A stretch of DNA of 64,000 nt, from the NCBI GenBank assembly GCA_001789445.1, contig MFZQ01000014.1:11557-75556 (forward strand), in the 5' to 3' direction. This document shows positions 18,955 through 28,638 of this stretch, piece by piece (position 1 is the stretch's first letter; the number at the start of each line of letters is the position of its first letter). The notes beneath the pieces were generated by a model. It was not told where the DNA came from. It made no database searches and saw only the letters and a list, made by a program, of their open reading frames with translations. The position numbers and the translations under genes are program-made. Origin of the DNA: Candidatus Roizmanbacteria bacterium RIFCSPHIGHO2_02_FULL_40_13b (GTDB taxonomy: Bacteria > Patescibacteriota > Microgenomatia > UBA1406 > HO2-37-13b).

Positions 18955-20262
18955 TTAAAATAAGAGAATAATACCTGCGCCCAAAAGCATGAGTGCTATT
19001 CCAGAAATTCCAAATAACTCAAATCCAATACCCGAGGGAATAAGTGTAGGTCCCGTAGTTGGTCCACCTGTTACCCCCACAGTTGGAGTAATCACCGGCA
19101 CATCTGTTGGAACGCTTGTTGGAGTCAAGCTCGCTGATCCCGTGGCCTCACCAAGTACATCTTGACCACTTTTTGGAATATTAAATACACGAGTGGCAGT
19201 AAGTACTTTTTGATTTGTATCAATGCTTTTTGCAATGACCGTTTGAGCTCCAACTTTAAGATTAAATTTTGGAACAAATTCCCAAAGTCCTGCAGTATCC
19301 GATTTTATTTCAAACGATCGTGTTTCTTTGGGAAAAGAAAGTGTAACAGATGTGTTTGGAGGCGCGCTCCCTTTGAAAAGTGGTCGAAAACCTGGAATAA
19401 CCGCACTATCTTTGGGGTAATAAATAGCCAAAATTGACGTTTTAGAGTCTTTACTTATACCTGTTTGTGCCCCCAAAATAACTTGTGGTTCTTGTGGAAG
19501 TGAGGATACAAGATTACTATTTTCTCCAAGTTTTACCGAATTTTGAAATGGGCTTACCGCAGAAATTGGTGCAGTAATAAATGAAGAAAGTCCAGATTCA
19601 TTCTCAAATTGAAGATTGACTATTTCAGTTCGAGCGGGATTGTATAGTTCAAATGTTTCTCCGTTGTATAAACAGCAAAGAGAAATTAAAAAACTACCAT
19701 CAGATTTCGTAAATGCACCCATACGTTGACCTTTTCCAACACGAACTTTCAAAAATACATCGGGAATTGGATTACCTGCCGTATCCACTACTTTTCCATA
19801 CAGCGGAGGAAGCGTGGTTGAAATTGCACTTGTCATGAGCGTCGTGAATGAAGTGTATGGTTGTTGATTTGATCCAAACAAAACATTTTCATGATTAATT
19901 TGAAGAAAATACGTTGTTTTGGCAATTAAGTTTTTTAGCGAGAAAAAATGTAGTCGTCGAGGAATTTTGCTTGATTCTATATCGTGTATATCAAGAACAG
20001 TATTTTTAGTTCCTGCAGTGTCCCAATAGATGAGTGTGTCAATAGATGGTTTTTCTGTTTTCCAATAAATATCGGTGCTCGTAGCTGTTTGATTGAGAAT
20101 TTCAACAACAACCGGCCGACTAGTATTACCAAGTGCATCTGGAGAAGAAGTTTGTTTGTGTAAGAAGAAAAAGGGGATCGAAAAAATAAGTCCTACAACA
20201 AGTACTACTAGAATTCCTGGTACGCGCCTTTCATTTGTATATAATTTATAATAGTCGCTCAT
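18955..20262 (-). CDS. Cell-surface protein with Fn3/Ig-like beta domains
   Basis: N-terminal TM, IYWKT..LKNL..TTY Fn3-like pattern, RPLFKGSAPPN Ig-like segment, PT-rich linker, TLIPSG plus TM. Confidence 0.65.
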   Translation of the reverse strand: MSDYYKLYTNERRVPGILVVLVVGLIFSIPFFFLHKQTSSPDALGNTSRPVVVEILNQTATSTDIYWKTEKPSIDTLIYWDTAGTKNTVLDIHDIESSKIPRRLHFFSLKNLIAKTTYFLQINHENVLFGSNQQPYTSFTTLMTSAISTTLPPLYGKVVDTAGNPIPDVFLKVRVGKGQRMGAFTKSDGSFLISLCCLYNGETFELYNPARTEIVNLQFENESGLSSFITAPISAVSPFQNSVKLGENSNLVSSLPQEPQVILGAQTGISKDSKTSILAIYYPKDSAVIPGFRPLFKGSAPPNTSVTLSFPKETRSFEIKSDTAGLWEFVPKFNLKVGAQTVIAKSIDTNQKVLTATRVFNIPKSGQDVLGEATGSASLTPTSVPTDVPVITPTVGVTGGPTTGPTLIPSGIGFELFGISGIALMLLGAGIILLF

Positions 20263-20450
20263 TATTCGTGTCTTTTTTGCAAAATATCTAATATAGTCAC
20301 ATCTATTTTAGAAGTTCCTAATGTACTTACCGGTGATTCAACTGCCATAAATTTCTGGGTTGTTGAAATATGATAGATGTCAGCAACAATCCATGTCATT
20401 ATGGTGACAAATATGGTTATTGAGACAATTAATAATTCTTTTTGGTTCAT
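20262..20450 (-). CDS. Small membrane protein of the pilNO-like operon
   Basis: 62 aa with one TM, tightly packed against both neighbours. Confidence 0.6.
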   Translation of the reverse strand: MNQKELLIVSITIFVTIMTWIVADIYHISTTQKFMAVESPVSTLGTSKIDVTILDILQKRHE

Positions 20451-20452
20451 AG

Positions 20453-21028
20453 TTATAGATAAAACAAATCAAGTGATATTTCTAGTCGAACGTGAGCACT
20501 TTCTGATGCATTCTGGTTTGTTTTCAATATATGTAAATTTTTAATCACTTTTATTCTTCGTTGACTTGATAATTCCTTGAAAAAAGCAGTCGTTTGATCA
20601 TAATTTCCTTCTAGTACCATTGCTACAGTATATTGTGAGGGGATTTTTCCATTAGAAACTAAATTCACATTTGTTGTATTTAATTGTAGGATACTTACTC
20701 CCGCTGCTGCTGCTGAATTTTTTAACGACTGAAATAAAACTGCTATTTTTGGTGTTGAAGGAAGTGCTTGATCAAGTAAATAAATGCGATCTCGTATTTG
20801 TTCCAGTTGACTCTGGAGATCGACTAATTGATTTAATTCAGCCTCATAGGTGTCGTTAACAACCCGCAAGTCTTTTTCTTCACGTTGCAATGAAAAAGCT
20901 ATTGAAATAACCGGTTTTATAACAAAGAGTGCAAAAAAAGACGAAATAAGAAAAAAGAGCGTCACATATGTATAGTCCTTAACTTTTTTATTTGAACTTA
21001 TATTTTTTGCAATTTCTTTTATATTCAT
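20453..21028 (-). CDS. PilO-like type IV pilus assembly protein
   Basis: TM, coiled coil, ALP, LEGNY..FFKEL...RR. Follows a PilN-like gene. Confidence 0.7.
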   Translation of the reverse strand: MNIKEIAKNISSNKKVKDYTYVTLFFLISSFFALFVIKPVISIAFSLQREEKDLRVVNDTYEAELNQLVDLQSQLEQIRDRIYLLDQALPSTPKIAVLFQSLKNSAAAAGVSILQLNTTNVNLVSNGKIPSQYTVAMVLEGNYDQTTAFFKELSSQRRIKVIKNLHILKTNQNASESAHVRLEISLDLFYL

Positions 21029-21543
21029 ACGTCAAGTGCTATTGAAAAAATAAAACCATTAGTATCTTTTATAACCGTATCAATTTTTACCTTCGAGAAC
21101 CGCTTGTCCTTGGAAAGCGTCGTATTTAGGTACTGAATTACTGCAATTGATGTCGCATGTGCTTTAAGTGTAATTCCATTCTCATTAATTCCAAAATCAA
21201 AAAGAATTACACCATCGGGAATTTTTGAAAGGACATCATTTATGAGAGAATTTACTTCGTTTTCTTTAGAAAGCTCTTTTTTTATAGAATCTGTCTTCAG
21301 ACTTACTGCTTGAGCCTCAATTACAATTGGTTTTGTAATCTTAATTATTTCTTGTTTTTGAGTAACTTTCTCTTTTAAATCTACAATTTGCTGATCAATA
21401 CTAAACCGGAAGAAAAAAACGATAATAACAACAATTTGAGTTATTACAATAATATAGCGTAAATAATGAAGCGCAAAATACAAAATCTTCTCGGTAACAC
21501 CGCGTTCCTTCTCTCCTAATAGATTAATACCATGTTTACTCAT
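21025..21543 (-). CDS. PilN-like type IV pilus assembly protein
   Basis: N-terminal INLL, TM, coiled coil, IPDGV..ITLKAHA. Confidence 0.7.
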   Translation of the reverse strand: MSKHGINLLGEKERGVTEKILYFALHYLRYIIVITQIVVIIVFFFRFSIDQQIVDLKEKVTQKQEIIKITKPIVIEAQAVSLKTDSIKKELSKENEVNSLINDVLSKIPDGVILFDFGINENGITLKAHATSIAVIQYLNTTLSKDKRFSKVKIDTVIKDTNGFIFSIALDV

Positions 21544-21800
21544 TTTTTCTTATTAGCGCTTTTTGCAACTCTTGATTTGAGTCGTGCGGCTTTATTTTTG
21601 TGAATAACGCGCTTTTTGGCAGCTTTATCTATTAGTGAAGATGCTTTTGAGAGTAACGATTTTGTCTTTGCACCCTTTGATGCGACACTTTTCTTTACAG
21701 CTTTCACTACTATTTTATATTTTTTCTTTGCAACTAGGTTACGACCTGTACGCACTTTATCTTTTCTAAGCTTTTTTTTGGCAGATTTTATTATTGGCAT
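21540..21800 (-). CDS. rpsT: 30S ribosomal protein S20
   Basis: MPIIKSAKK, IDKAAKKRVIHKNKAARLKSR. Confidence 0.95.
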   Translation of the reverse strand: MPIIKSAKKKLRKDKVRTGRNLVAKKKYKIVVKAVKKSVASKGAKTKSLLSKASSLIDKAAKKRVIHKNKAARLKSRVAKSANKKK

Positions 21801-21867
21801 AAAAATCACCCCCTTTATTAAGTGTAATTAATAGTCGTGGAATATACAATATGATGAGTATAGCAGA

Positions 21868-22028
21868 TGGGAGAGGTTAAGAGGAGGTGATGGGGAGATA
21901 GGGTGGGGCAGAGGAGAGGAAGAGATGAGAAAAACAGAGAGGGAGACTTCTGCTTTTTTCCCATCCTCCTTTCTCCACTCCTCTCATCCCCCCTATCTCC
22001 CTATCCTCTCCTCCCCTCCTCTCTCCCA
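21868..22028. repeat. Polypurine/polypyrimidine repeat pair between divergent promoters
   Basis: A G/A tract followed by a C/T tract. Homologous to 41026-41150. Confidence 0.75.
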
Positions 22029-22047
22029 AATGATATAATCAAACATA

Positions 22048-23673
22048 ATGGACACCTTTCTGAACAATACCAAAAAAATCATTTTTCATAGGCAAAAGGA
22101 TATTTTATCTTCAGCACTTATCCTATCGCTCATGACACTTTTATCAAGTATTTTTGGCTTTGTAAGGCTCCATACACTTGCCTCATTTTACACTAAAGAA
22201 CAACTTGGCCTCTTTTTTGCAGCTTTTCGCATTCCTGATTTCGTTTTTGAAATACTTATAACCGGAGCACTTTCAAGCGCATTTATACCTCTATTTGTCA
22301 AATATAAACAAGATGATTTGAAACTTTCTGAAAATATCTCAAGCATCATTAATTTTGTCCTTGTTGCAATGATATTTTTCGTAATTATTATTATTTTTAG
22401 TACTCCATTATTAACCCCCATCGTAACACCTGGATTTGATCGTGAAAAGACGATGCTTGTTATTTCATTTACTCAAATTTTGCTTGTTTGTCAATTACCA
22501 CTTCTTGTTATTGGTAATATTTTGTCTGGAATTTCTCAGGCAAGTAAAATTTTTGTAATTACGGCGATTGCCCCCGTTGTATATAACCTTGGTATTATTT
22601 TTGGGACTATTTTTCTTTCTTCCTCACTTGGAATATATGCACCTGTTGTCGGTGTGATTATTGGAAGTATTTTATTTTTGGCAACACAAATACCAATTGT
22701 ATTTTTTGTCTCTTTTAAATATCAAATACGCGCATTTAGGAAAAGTGCTCTACATGAATTTGTCCATCTTTTTACTCCACGTATGCTTTCTGTTCTAACA
22801 ACTCAAATTGATCTTTTTGTAGATCTTGCCCTTGCAAGTCTTTTTGGTCCTGCAGGAGTGACAATTTTTGTGTTTGCACAAAGATTGCAATTTTTTCCCG
22901 TATCGTTTTTTGGCATGTCGTTTGGACAAGCATCCCTCCCCTATTTAAGCGATTTATATAAAGAGAATAAGCTTGAAGAAATACGAAAAATATTTATAAA
23001 CTCAATATTACAATTATTATTTTTATCAATCCCCGTATCGTTTTTTTTTATTTTTGCCCGGACTCCAATCGTACGATTCTTTGTTGGAGGACAAAAATTT
23101 GACTGGGAGGGTACGGTAAAAACCGCACGTGTATTGTCATATTTTGCAGTGTCTATACCATTTCATACGCTTTTCTATTTTGTAACCCGAGCATTTTATG
23201 CTACTCATAATACTAAAATACCTTTTTTTGTAAATTTTTCATCGAGCATTATTAACACCGTATTGAGCATTCTTTTGATTGTATATTTAAAATTACCTGT
23301 TTGGTATTTGGGTATGAGCTTCTCAATTACTATGATTTTGAATATTTCAGTACTCTTATTCTTGTTTCGTAGAGAAATCGGTGGCTTTGAACTTAAAAAA
23401 CTTTTACTAAACACATCGAAAATCTATTTTATTGCCGCAATTTCTGCCGCAGTATCTTTTCCTGCAATGAAACTTATCGATGGGCTTATTCTCGATACTT
23501 CTCGTACAATAAACCTATTCCTCTTGCTTATTATTATAGGTACAACGTATACTGGTGTTTATCTTTTTCTTTCATGGTTATTTACGATTGAAGAAATTTA
23601 TTTACTTGGAAATTTATTAATTAAGATTCGAGATATTAAACGTATATTAGTTGAAATGTGGACATCTGATTAA
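22048..23673 (+). CDS. murJ: Lipid II flippase MurJ
   Basis: AAFRIPD, GALSSAFIP, RAFYA..TKIP, many TM helices. Confidence 0.9.
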   Translation: MDTFLNNTKKIIFHRQKDILSSALILSLMTLLSSIFGFVRLHTLASFYTKEQLGLFFAAFRIPDFVFEILITGALSSAFIPLFVKYKQDDLKLSENISSIINFVLVAMIFFVIIIIFSTPLLTPIVTPGFDREKTMLVISFTQILLVCQLPLLVIGNILSGISQASKIFVITAIAPVVYNLGIIFGTIFLSSSLGIYAPVVGVIIGSILFLATQIPIVFFVSFKYQIRAFRKSALHEFVHLFTPRMLSVLTTQIDLFVDLALASLFGPAGVTIFVFAQRLQFFPVSFFGMSFGQASLPYLSDLYKENKLEEIRKIFINSILQLLFLSIPVSFFFIFARTPIVRFFVGGQKFDWEGTVKTARVLSYFAVSIPFHTLFYFVTRAFYATHNTKIPFFVNFSSSIINTVLSILLIVYLKLPVWYLGMSFSITMILNISVLLFLFRREIGGFELKKLLLNTSKIYFIAAISAAVSFPAMKLIDGLILDTSRTINLFLLLIIIGTTYTGVYLFLSWLFTIEEIYLLGNLLIKIRDIKRILVEMWTSD

Positions 23674-23678
23674 AATCT

Positions 23679-24944
23679 ATGAAAAGCAATGCAAATACAA
23701 ACAAATTAAATGCTATCGAAACAATAAAAAAGAAACTTATTGGTAAAACATTAACGTACCATGAAATATTCAATTTAATGGACGAAATTGCACACCATAA
23801 GATGGGTGACATTCTTACTACCTATTTCGTAGCTTCTTCTTTTCAACAAGGATTTTCCGAAGAAGAACTGTACCATTTCACAAAGGCAATGGTTGAAACA
23901 GGTAAGAAAATAAAATTTGATGGAATTGTTGCCGATAAACACTGCATAGGTGGAATTGCAGGAACGCGCACAAGTATGATTATTGTTCCGATTATTGCCG
24001 CGGCAGGCTTTAAAATTCCCAAACTCTCCTCACGGGCAATTACCTCTCCGGCAGGAACTGCCGACAGTATGGAAACACTTGCCCAAGTAAGTTTTAAAGT
24101 AGATAAGGTTCATGATATTGTTGAAAAAGTTGGTGGGTGTATTGTGTGGAATGGAAACATGGGAATTGCCCCTGCTGACGACATTATTATTCAAGTAGAA
24201 GAGCCGCTTTCTTTTGAATCATATGATAAGGTAATTGTATCAATAATGGCAAAAAAAATTGCCGTTTCAGCAAATCACCTTATTCTAGATATTCCAGTTG
24301 GAGCTACTATGAAGGTCCGTAATACAGAAGACGCAGAGAAAATCGCAGCAAAGTTTAAACGACTTGCAAAACGATTTAATATAGAAATAACAATTGATAT
24401 AAATTATATGTATGAACCTGCAGGTCGTGGTGTAGGGCCGGCACTTGAGGCCTTAGACGTACTTTATATATTAGAACAAAGTCCGCTTAGACCAATTAAT
24501 CTTGAAAAAAAGGCGCTTCGGCTAACTGGTAAATTATTGGATAGTTGCTTTAAGCATGCTCAGATTGATAAAGATGGGGAAAAAGAGGCATTACATTTAT
24601 TACAAAGCGGGCAGGCACTAAAAAAATTCAAAGAAATAATTAAAGCACAAGATGGTGACGATCACGTTACATCACGTTCATTTACTATAAAAGGACACAA
24701 TGCAGAGCTTAAAGCAATTCATTCAGGAAAAATTTCAAAAGTTAATAACTTTAATATAAACACAATCGCACGAATACTTGGTGCGCCTGAAGATCAATAT
24801 GCTGGTATTTACTTGTTGAAAAGACGAGGAGAATCAATTAAAAAAGGTGAAGCACTTTTACGATTTCACTCAACAGATAAATATAAGCTAAAAGAAGCAC
24901 AAGATACAATTATCAATATTCCAATATATACAATAGAAAAATGA
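23679..24944 (+). CDS. AMP/thymidine phosphorylase (archaeal AMP-phosphorylase type)
   Basis: DKHCIGGIAG, KLSSRAITSPAGTADSME, APADD, SIMAKK, DIPVG. Confidence 0.88.
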   Translation: MKSNANTNKLNAIETIKKKLIGKTLTYHEIFNLMDEIAHHKMGDILTTYFVASSFQQGFSEEELYHFTKAMVETGKKIKFDGIVADKHCIGGIAGTRTSMIIVPIIAAAGFKIPKLSSRAITSPAGTADSMETLAQVSFKVDKVHDIVEKVGGCIVWNGNMGIAPADDIIIQVEEPLSFESYDKVIVSIMAKKIAVSANHLILDIPVGATMKVRNTEDAEKIAAKFKRLAKRFNIEITIDINYMYEPAGRGVGPALEALDVLYILEQSPLRPINLEKKALRLTGKLLDSCFKHAQIDKDGEKEALHLLQSGQALKKFKEIIKAQDGDDHVTSRSFTIKGHNAELKAIHSGKISKVNNFNINTIARILGAPEDQYAGIYLLKRRGESIKKGEALLRFHSTDKYKLKEAQDTIINIPIYTIEK

Positions 24945-25912
24945 GACTAAAAAAAAGTTATATATTTATTTGCATTTTCGTAATTATTTCTATCGGATTC
25001 TTCCTTTTTTACAAGGAAGGAAGTTTACCGGTAAATAAAACGGATAAAGGAACAAGACTTTTTGTGATAAATCGTGGGGATGGCCTTATTAATATCACTA
25101 ATCGGCTTGATAAAGAGGGTCTGATACGAAGTAAAACTGTTTTCTACATAATCACTCGACTTAACGGACTAGAGAATAAAATAGAGGCTGGTGATTTTCG
25201 CCTTTCACCTTCAATGACCAGTGAACAGATTGCAAAAACCCTTACGAAAGGTACACTTGATATATGGGTCACCGTTATTGAAGGGTTGCGCCGGGAAGAA
25301 ATTGCCGATATTCTTTCTGAAACCCATGGAATTGACAAATTGGAATTTATGGATAAGGCAGTTGAAGGATATCTTTTCCCCGATACGTACCTTATTCCAA
25401 AAGATGCATCTGTTGATATGATTCTTTCAATTTTTAAAAATAATTTCGATTCAAAATATAACGGAAATATAGAGTCACTTGCACAAAAAAAACAGCTGAA
25501 TCGAATGCAAGTTATTACCTTAGCATCCCTTGTTGAAAAAGAAGCTCGCAGTTTTGAAAATCGAACAATTGTGGCATCAATTATGCTAAAACGATATAAA
25601 AATGGGTGGCCTTTAGATCTCGATGCCACTGTCCAGTATGCACTTGGTTACCAATCCGATTCAAAAACATGGTGGAAAAAAAATTTGACAAGAGAAGATA
25701 TTAAAATAAATTCTTTATACAATACCTATAAAAATGCCGGTCTTCCACCAGGTCCAATTTGCAATCCGGGTCTTGATTCAATAAAAGCAGTCCTTGCCGC
25801 AGACGAAAAAACTCCCTATTGGTTTTACATTTCCTCTCGGGACGGATCGGTTATGCATTATGCGCAAACACAAGAAGAACATGATGAGAATATTAGAAAA
25901 TATTTAAATTAA
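24941..25912 (+). CDS. mltG: Endolytic transglycosylase MltG
   Basis: EGYLFPDTY, LASLVEKE, YNTY..GLPPGPICNPG. Confidence 0.93.
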   Translation: MRLKKSYIFICIFVIISIGFFLFYKEGSLPVNKTDKGTRLFVINRGDGLINITNRLDKEGLIRSKTVFYIITRLNGLENKIEAGDFRLSPSMTSEQIAKTLTKGTLDIWVTVIEGLRREEIADILSETHGIDKLEFMDKAVEGYLFPDTYLIPKDASVDMILSIFKNNFDSKYNGNIESLAQKKQLNRMQVITLASLVEKEARSFENRTIVASIMLKRYKNGWPLDLDATVQYALGYQSDSKTWWKKNLTREDIKINSLYNTYKNAGLPPGPICNPGLDSIKAVLAADEKTPYWFYISSRDGSVMHYAQTQEEHDENIRKYLN

Positions 25913-28017
25913 ATATCCCCCATCGCTTCTGGTTCAGCACCATCATCTATCGCACTCTGGCGACGAAGCACTTCGCGCGGTTTTGATCCTTCGGCGCCGC
26001 TCACAAATCCTTCTTCTTCAAGCTGATCAAGAAGCTTAGCCGCACGAGCGTACCCAATAGAAAGTTTGCGTTGTAAAAGCGAAGACGATGCTTTTCCAAA
26101 TGAACTTATTACATCGATAGCTTGATTGAAAAGTGCATCATGGTTTTCGTTCCCACTCCCAACTGTCCTTCCCCCACTTCCTTTGAGTGCAACATCTTGA
26201 TTTACAACTTCTTCAGTGTAGTGAACTGCAGGAACATTTTGCTTTATGAAAGTTACAACAGCCGCCGCATCTTTTTCTGAAAGAAAAGGACTTTGAATAC
26301 GACGTGGTTTAGCTTGATCTGGAGGCAAAAATAACATATCTCCTTTCCCTAAAAGCTTTTCAGCGCCTGGCGTGTCGAGGACAACACGAGAGTCGATCAT
26401 ACTCGCTACATTGAATGCTATCCGTGACGGGATATTTGCCTTCATGAGTCCGGTAATAACATCGACCGATGGTCGCTGGGTAGCAAGAATCAGATGAATT
26501 CCGGTTGCACGTGCCATTTGGGCAATTCTAGTAATAAGCTCTTCTGCATCCCGCGCAGAAAACATCATAAGGTCTGCAAGCTCATCTATAATAAAAATTA
26601 TGTACGGATACTTTTCCACTCCAGTTATTTGATTATATCCTTCAATATTTCGAGCACTCATTTTGGCAAATTGTTTGTACCTATTTTCCATCTCGCCCAC
26701 TGTCCATTTGAGTGCAGAAATTATCTTTTCTGGATCAACAATAACTTCAGTCATCAGATGGGGAATTCCGTTGTACAGTCCTAGTTCAACCCGTTTTGGA
26801 TCAACAAGGATGAGACGAAGGTCAGATGGTTTGGTACGAAACAAAAATGAACAAATCCACGCATTTAGAATAACTGACTTTCCCGCCCCTGTTGTTCCGG
26901 CAATAAGTACATGTGGCATTCTGCCAATATCAACAACTTGTGGGGTTCCCGAAACATCCAGGCCCAAGGGAACAAGGAGAGGGTTATTACTTTTTGTCAT
27001 TATATCCTCGCCAAGCATGCGTTTGAGTGCGACAATTTCCCCTTTCTTATTTGGAATTTCTATCCCAACAAGTGAGCGGCCTGGAATTGGTGCCTCTATA
27101 CGAACTTGGCCTGTAGATGCTGCAATAGCAAGCGCAAGATCATTTGAAAGTGCAGTAATTTTTGAAAGTTTGGTTCCCATGACAATCTCAAGCGCGTATT
27201 GAGTAACCGTGGGACCTTTATTTACCTCAACAACTCGGGCACGAATTCCAAAACTATCAAGTGTGCGCTCAATAATTTCAGAGTTCTTCTTAACATCGCC
27301 ACGGTCTGCCTCGGTTTGTTCAATATCAGAAAGTAGAGAAAGTGGTGGAAAAACCCACTGCGACTGTGTTTTGGAAAGTGGGCGTATCGTCAGTTCGCCT
27401 TGACTATTGGGCAGTGCATGTGTTGGTACAGTAACAGGTCTTCTCTTATCTTGAATGTATTCATTATCTGATTCTGATTTTGATTGTCGTTTTGAAAATA
27501 AATCCGATTGTTTTTTTAGTCCTTCAATGAATGATTTAACTATTCCAGCAATGAAAACGAGGAACGCATCGATCGAAGTATTTAAAAATACAATCCCTCC
27601 AACAACAATCGTCGTAAAGAGGATAATGAGAGCACCAAAAAGTGAAAAGTCTTGTTTGAGATTATCAAATACAACATTTCCATAACTACCTGAATGTGTA
27701 AGTCCAAGTACACCGATAAAAAGAAGTAAAAGTCCAAGTGTAATATGAGGTCTAATAATTTTCAGTTTTTTTGAATTAAAAAAATGGGTGCCTAAAAGAA
27801 GTAATAAAATAGGAACAAATAGTGAAACTGTTCCAAATCCATCTGCGAGCTTAGCGTTAATGGTAATTAAAATCGATCCTTGTTGTAAATATGAAAGCAA
27901 AAGGAGTAAAGAAAACCCAATAAGAAGGAAGCCAAGTATCGTAAAAAAAGAGCGCTGATTAATTTTTAATTTCAAGAAAGGGAGTTTGATTTTGAAAAAT
28001 TTCTTAGTCCTGGCCAT
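25909..28017 (-). CDS. ftsK: DNA translocase FtsK
   Basis: N-terminal TMs, PHVLIAGTTGAGKS, LATQRPS, gamma domain LQRKLSIGYARAA. Confidence 0.95.
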   Translation of the reverse strand: MARTKKFFKIKLPFLKLKINQRSFFTILGFLLIGFSLLLLLSYLQQGSILITINAKLADGFGTVSLFVPILLLLLGTHFFNSKKLKIIRPHITLGLLLLFIGVLGLTHSGSYGNVVFDNLKQDFSLFGALIILFTTIVVGGIVFLNTSIDAFLVFIAGIVKSFIEGLKKQSDLFSKRQSKSESDNEYIQDKRRPVTVPTHALPNSQGELTIRPLSKTQSQWVFPPLSLLSDIEQTEADRGDVKKNSEIIERTLDSFGIRARVVEVNKGPTVTQYALEIVMGTKLSKITALSNDLALAIAASTGQVRIEAPIPGRSLVGIEIPNKKGEIVALKRMLGEDIMTKSNNPLLVPLGLDVSGTPQVVDIGRMPHVLIAGTTGAGKSVILNAWICSFLFRTKPSDLRLILVDPKRVELGLYNGIPHLMTEVIVDPEKIISALKWTVGEMENRYKQFAKMSARNIEGYNQITGVEKYPYIIFIIDELADLMMFSARDAEELITRIAQMARATGIHLILATQRPSVDVITGLMKANIPSRIAFNVASMIDSRVVLDTPGAEKLLGKGDMLFLPPDQAKPRRIQSPFLSEKDAAAVVTFIKQNVPAVHYTEEVVNQDVALKGSGGRTVGSGNENHDALFNQAIDVISSFGKASSSLLQRKLSIGYARAAKLLDQLEEEGFVSGAEGSKPREVLRRQSAIDDGAEPEAMGDI

Positions 28018-28077
28018 ATACATCAATTATTGTAAGCTATAGTGTGCGAGAATGTCAAAGGAATTACAAATGCACCT

Positions 28078-28113
28078 TAAATACTTCGATTATTCGAATA
28101 ATCGAAGTATTTA
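28078..28113. repeat. 36-bp perfect palindrome
   Basis: taaatacttcgattattc|gaataatcgaagtattta with no spacer. Confidence 0.9.
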
Positions 28114-28167
28114 TGAGTTATTTATTTTTCATCCAAAAATATTTATGGAGATGCTATAATTTCGGGT

Positions 28168-28620
28168 ATGAAAGATGCTCGAGAAAAAAAGATTGGAGTT
28201 GGAACGGGAGTACTTATCCTAAACAAAGGAAAAGTTCTACTTGGAAAACGAAATCAAGATCCAAAAAAAACCTCGAGTCTTCTCCATGGAGATGGTACAT
28301 GGACAATGCCTGGAGGAAAGCTTGATTTTGGTGAATCGTTTGAAGAAGGCGCAAAACGAGAGACACTTGAAGAAACTGGACTGATTTTAAATGAAATCGA
28401 GATTGTTTGCGTAAACAACGATATTGTAGATACTGCACATTTTGTGACAATCGGAGTCTTATGTAGAGATGATTTTGAAGGCCAGCCACGAGTTATGGAG
28501 CCTGAAAAAATCACCGATTGGCAATGGTTTGATCTAAAGAATCTTCCCGCTCCACTCTATTTTCCAAGTCAACGAGTTCTCGATAACTATTTAAAACAAA
28601 AGTTTTACATTTCAAGATAA
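28168..28620 (+). CDS. NUDIX hydrolase (NUDT15-like)
   Basis: Nudix box GGKLDFGESFEEGAKRETLEETGL, MEPEK..WQWF. Confidence 0.9.
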   Translation: MKDAREKKIGVGTGVLILNKGKVLLGKRNQDPKKTSSLLHGDGTWTMPGGKLDFGESFEEGAKRETLEETGLILNEIEIVCVNNDIVDTAHFVTIGVLCRDDFEGQPRVMEPEKITDWQWFDLKNLPAPLYFPSQRVLDNYLKQKFYISR

Positions 28621-28638
28621 TTTCTTCCTCACCCCGAC

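Noticed and set aside
21903-22091. Short ORFs over the purine/pyrimidine tracts (also 40955-41209)
   Set aside because: Low-complexity translations of the repeat, which is poor in stop codons.
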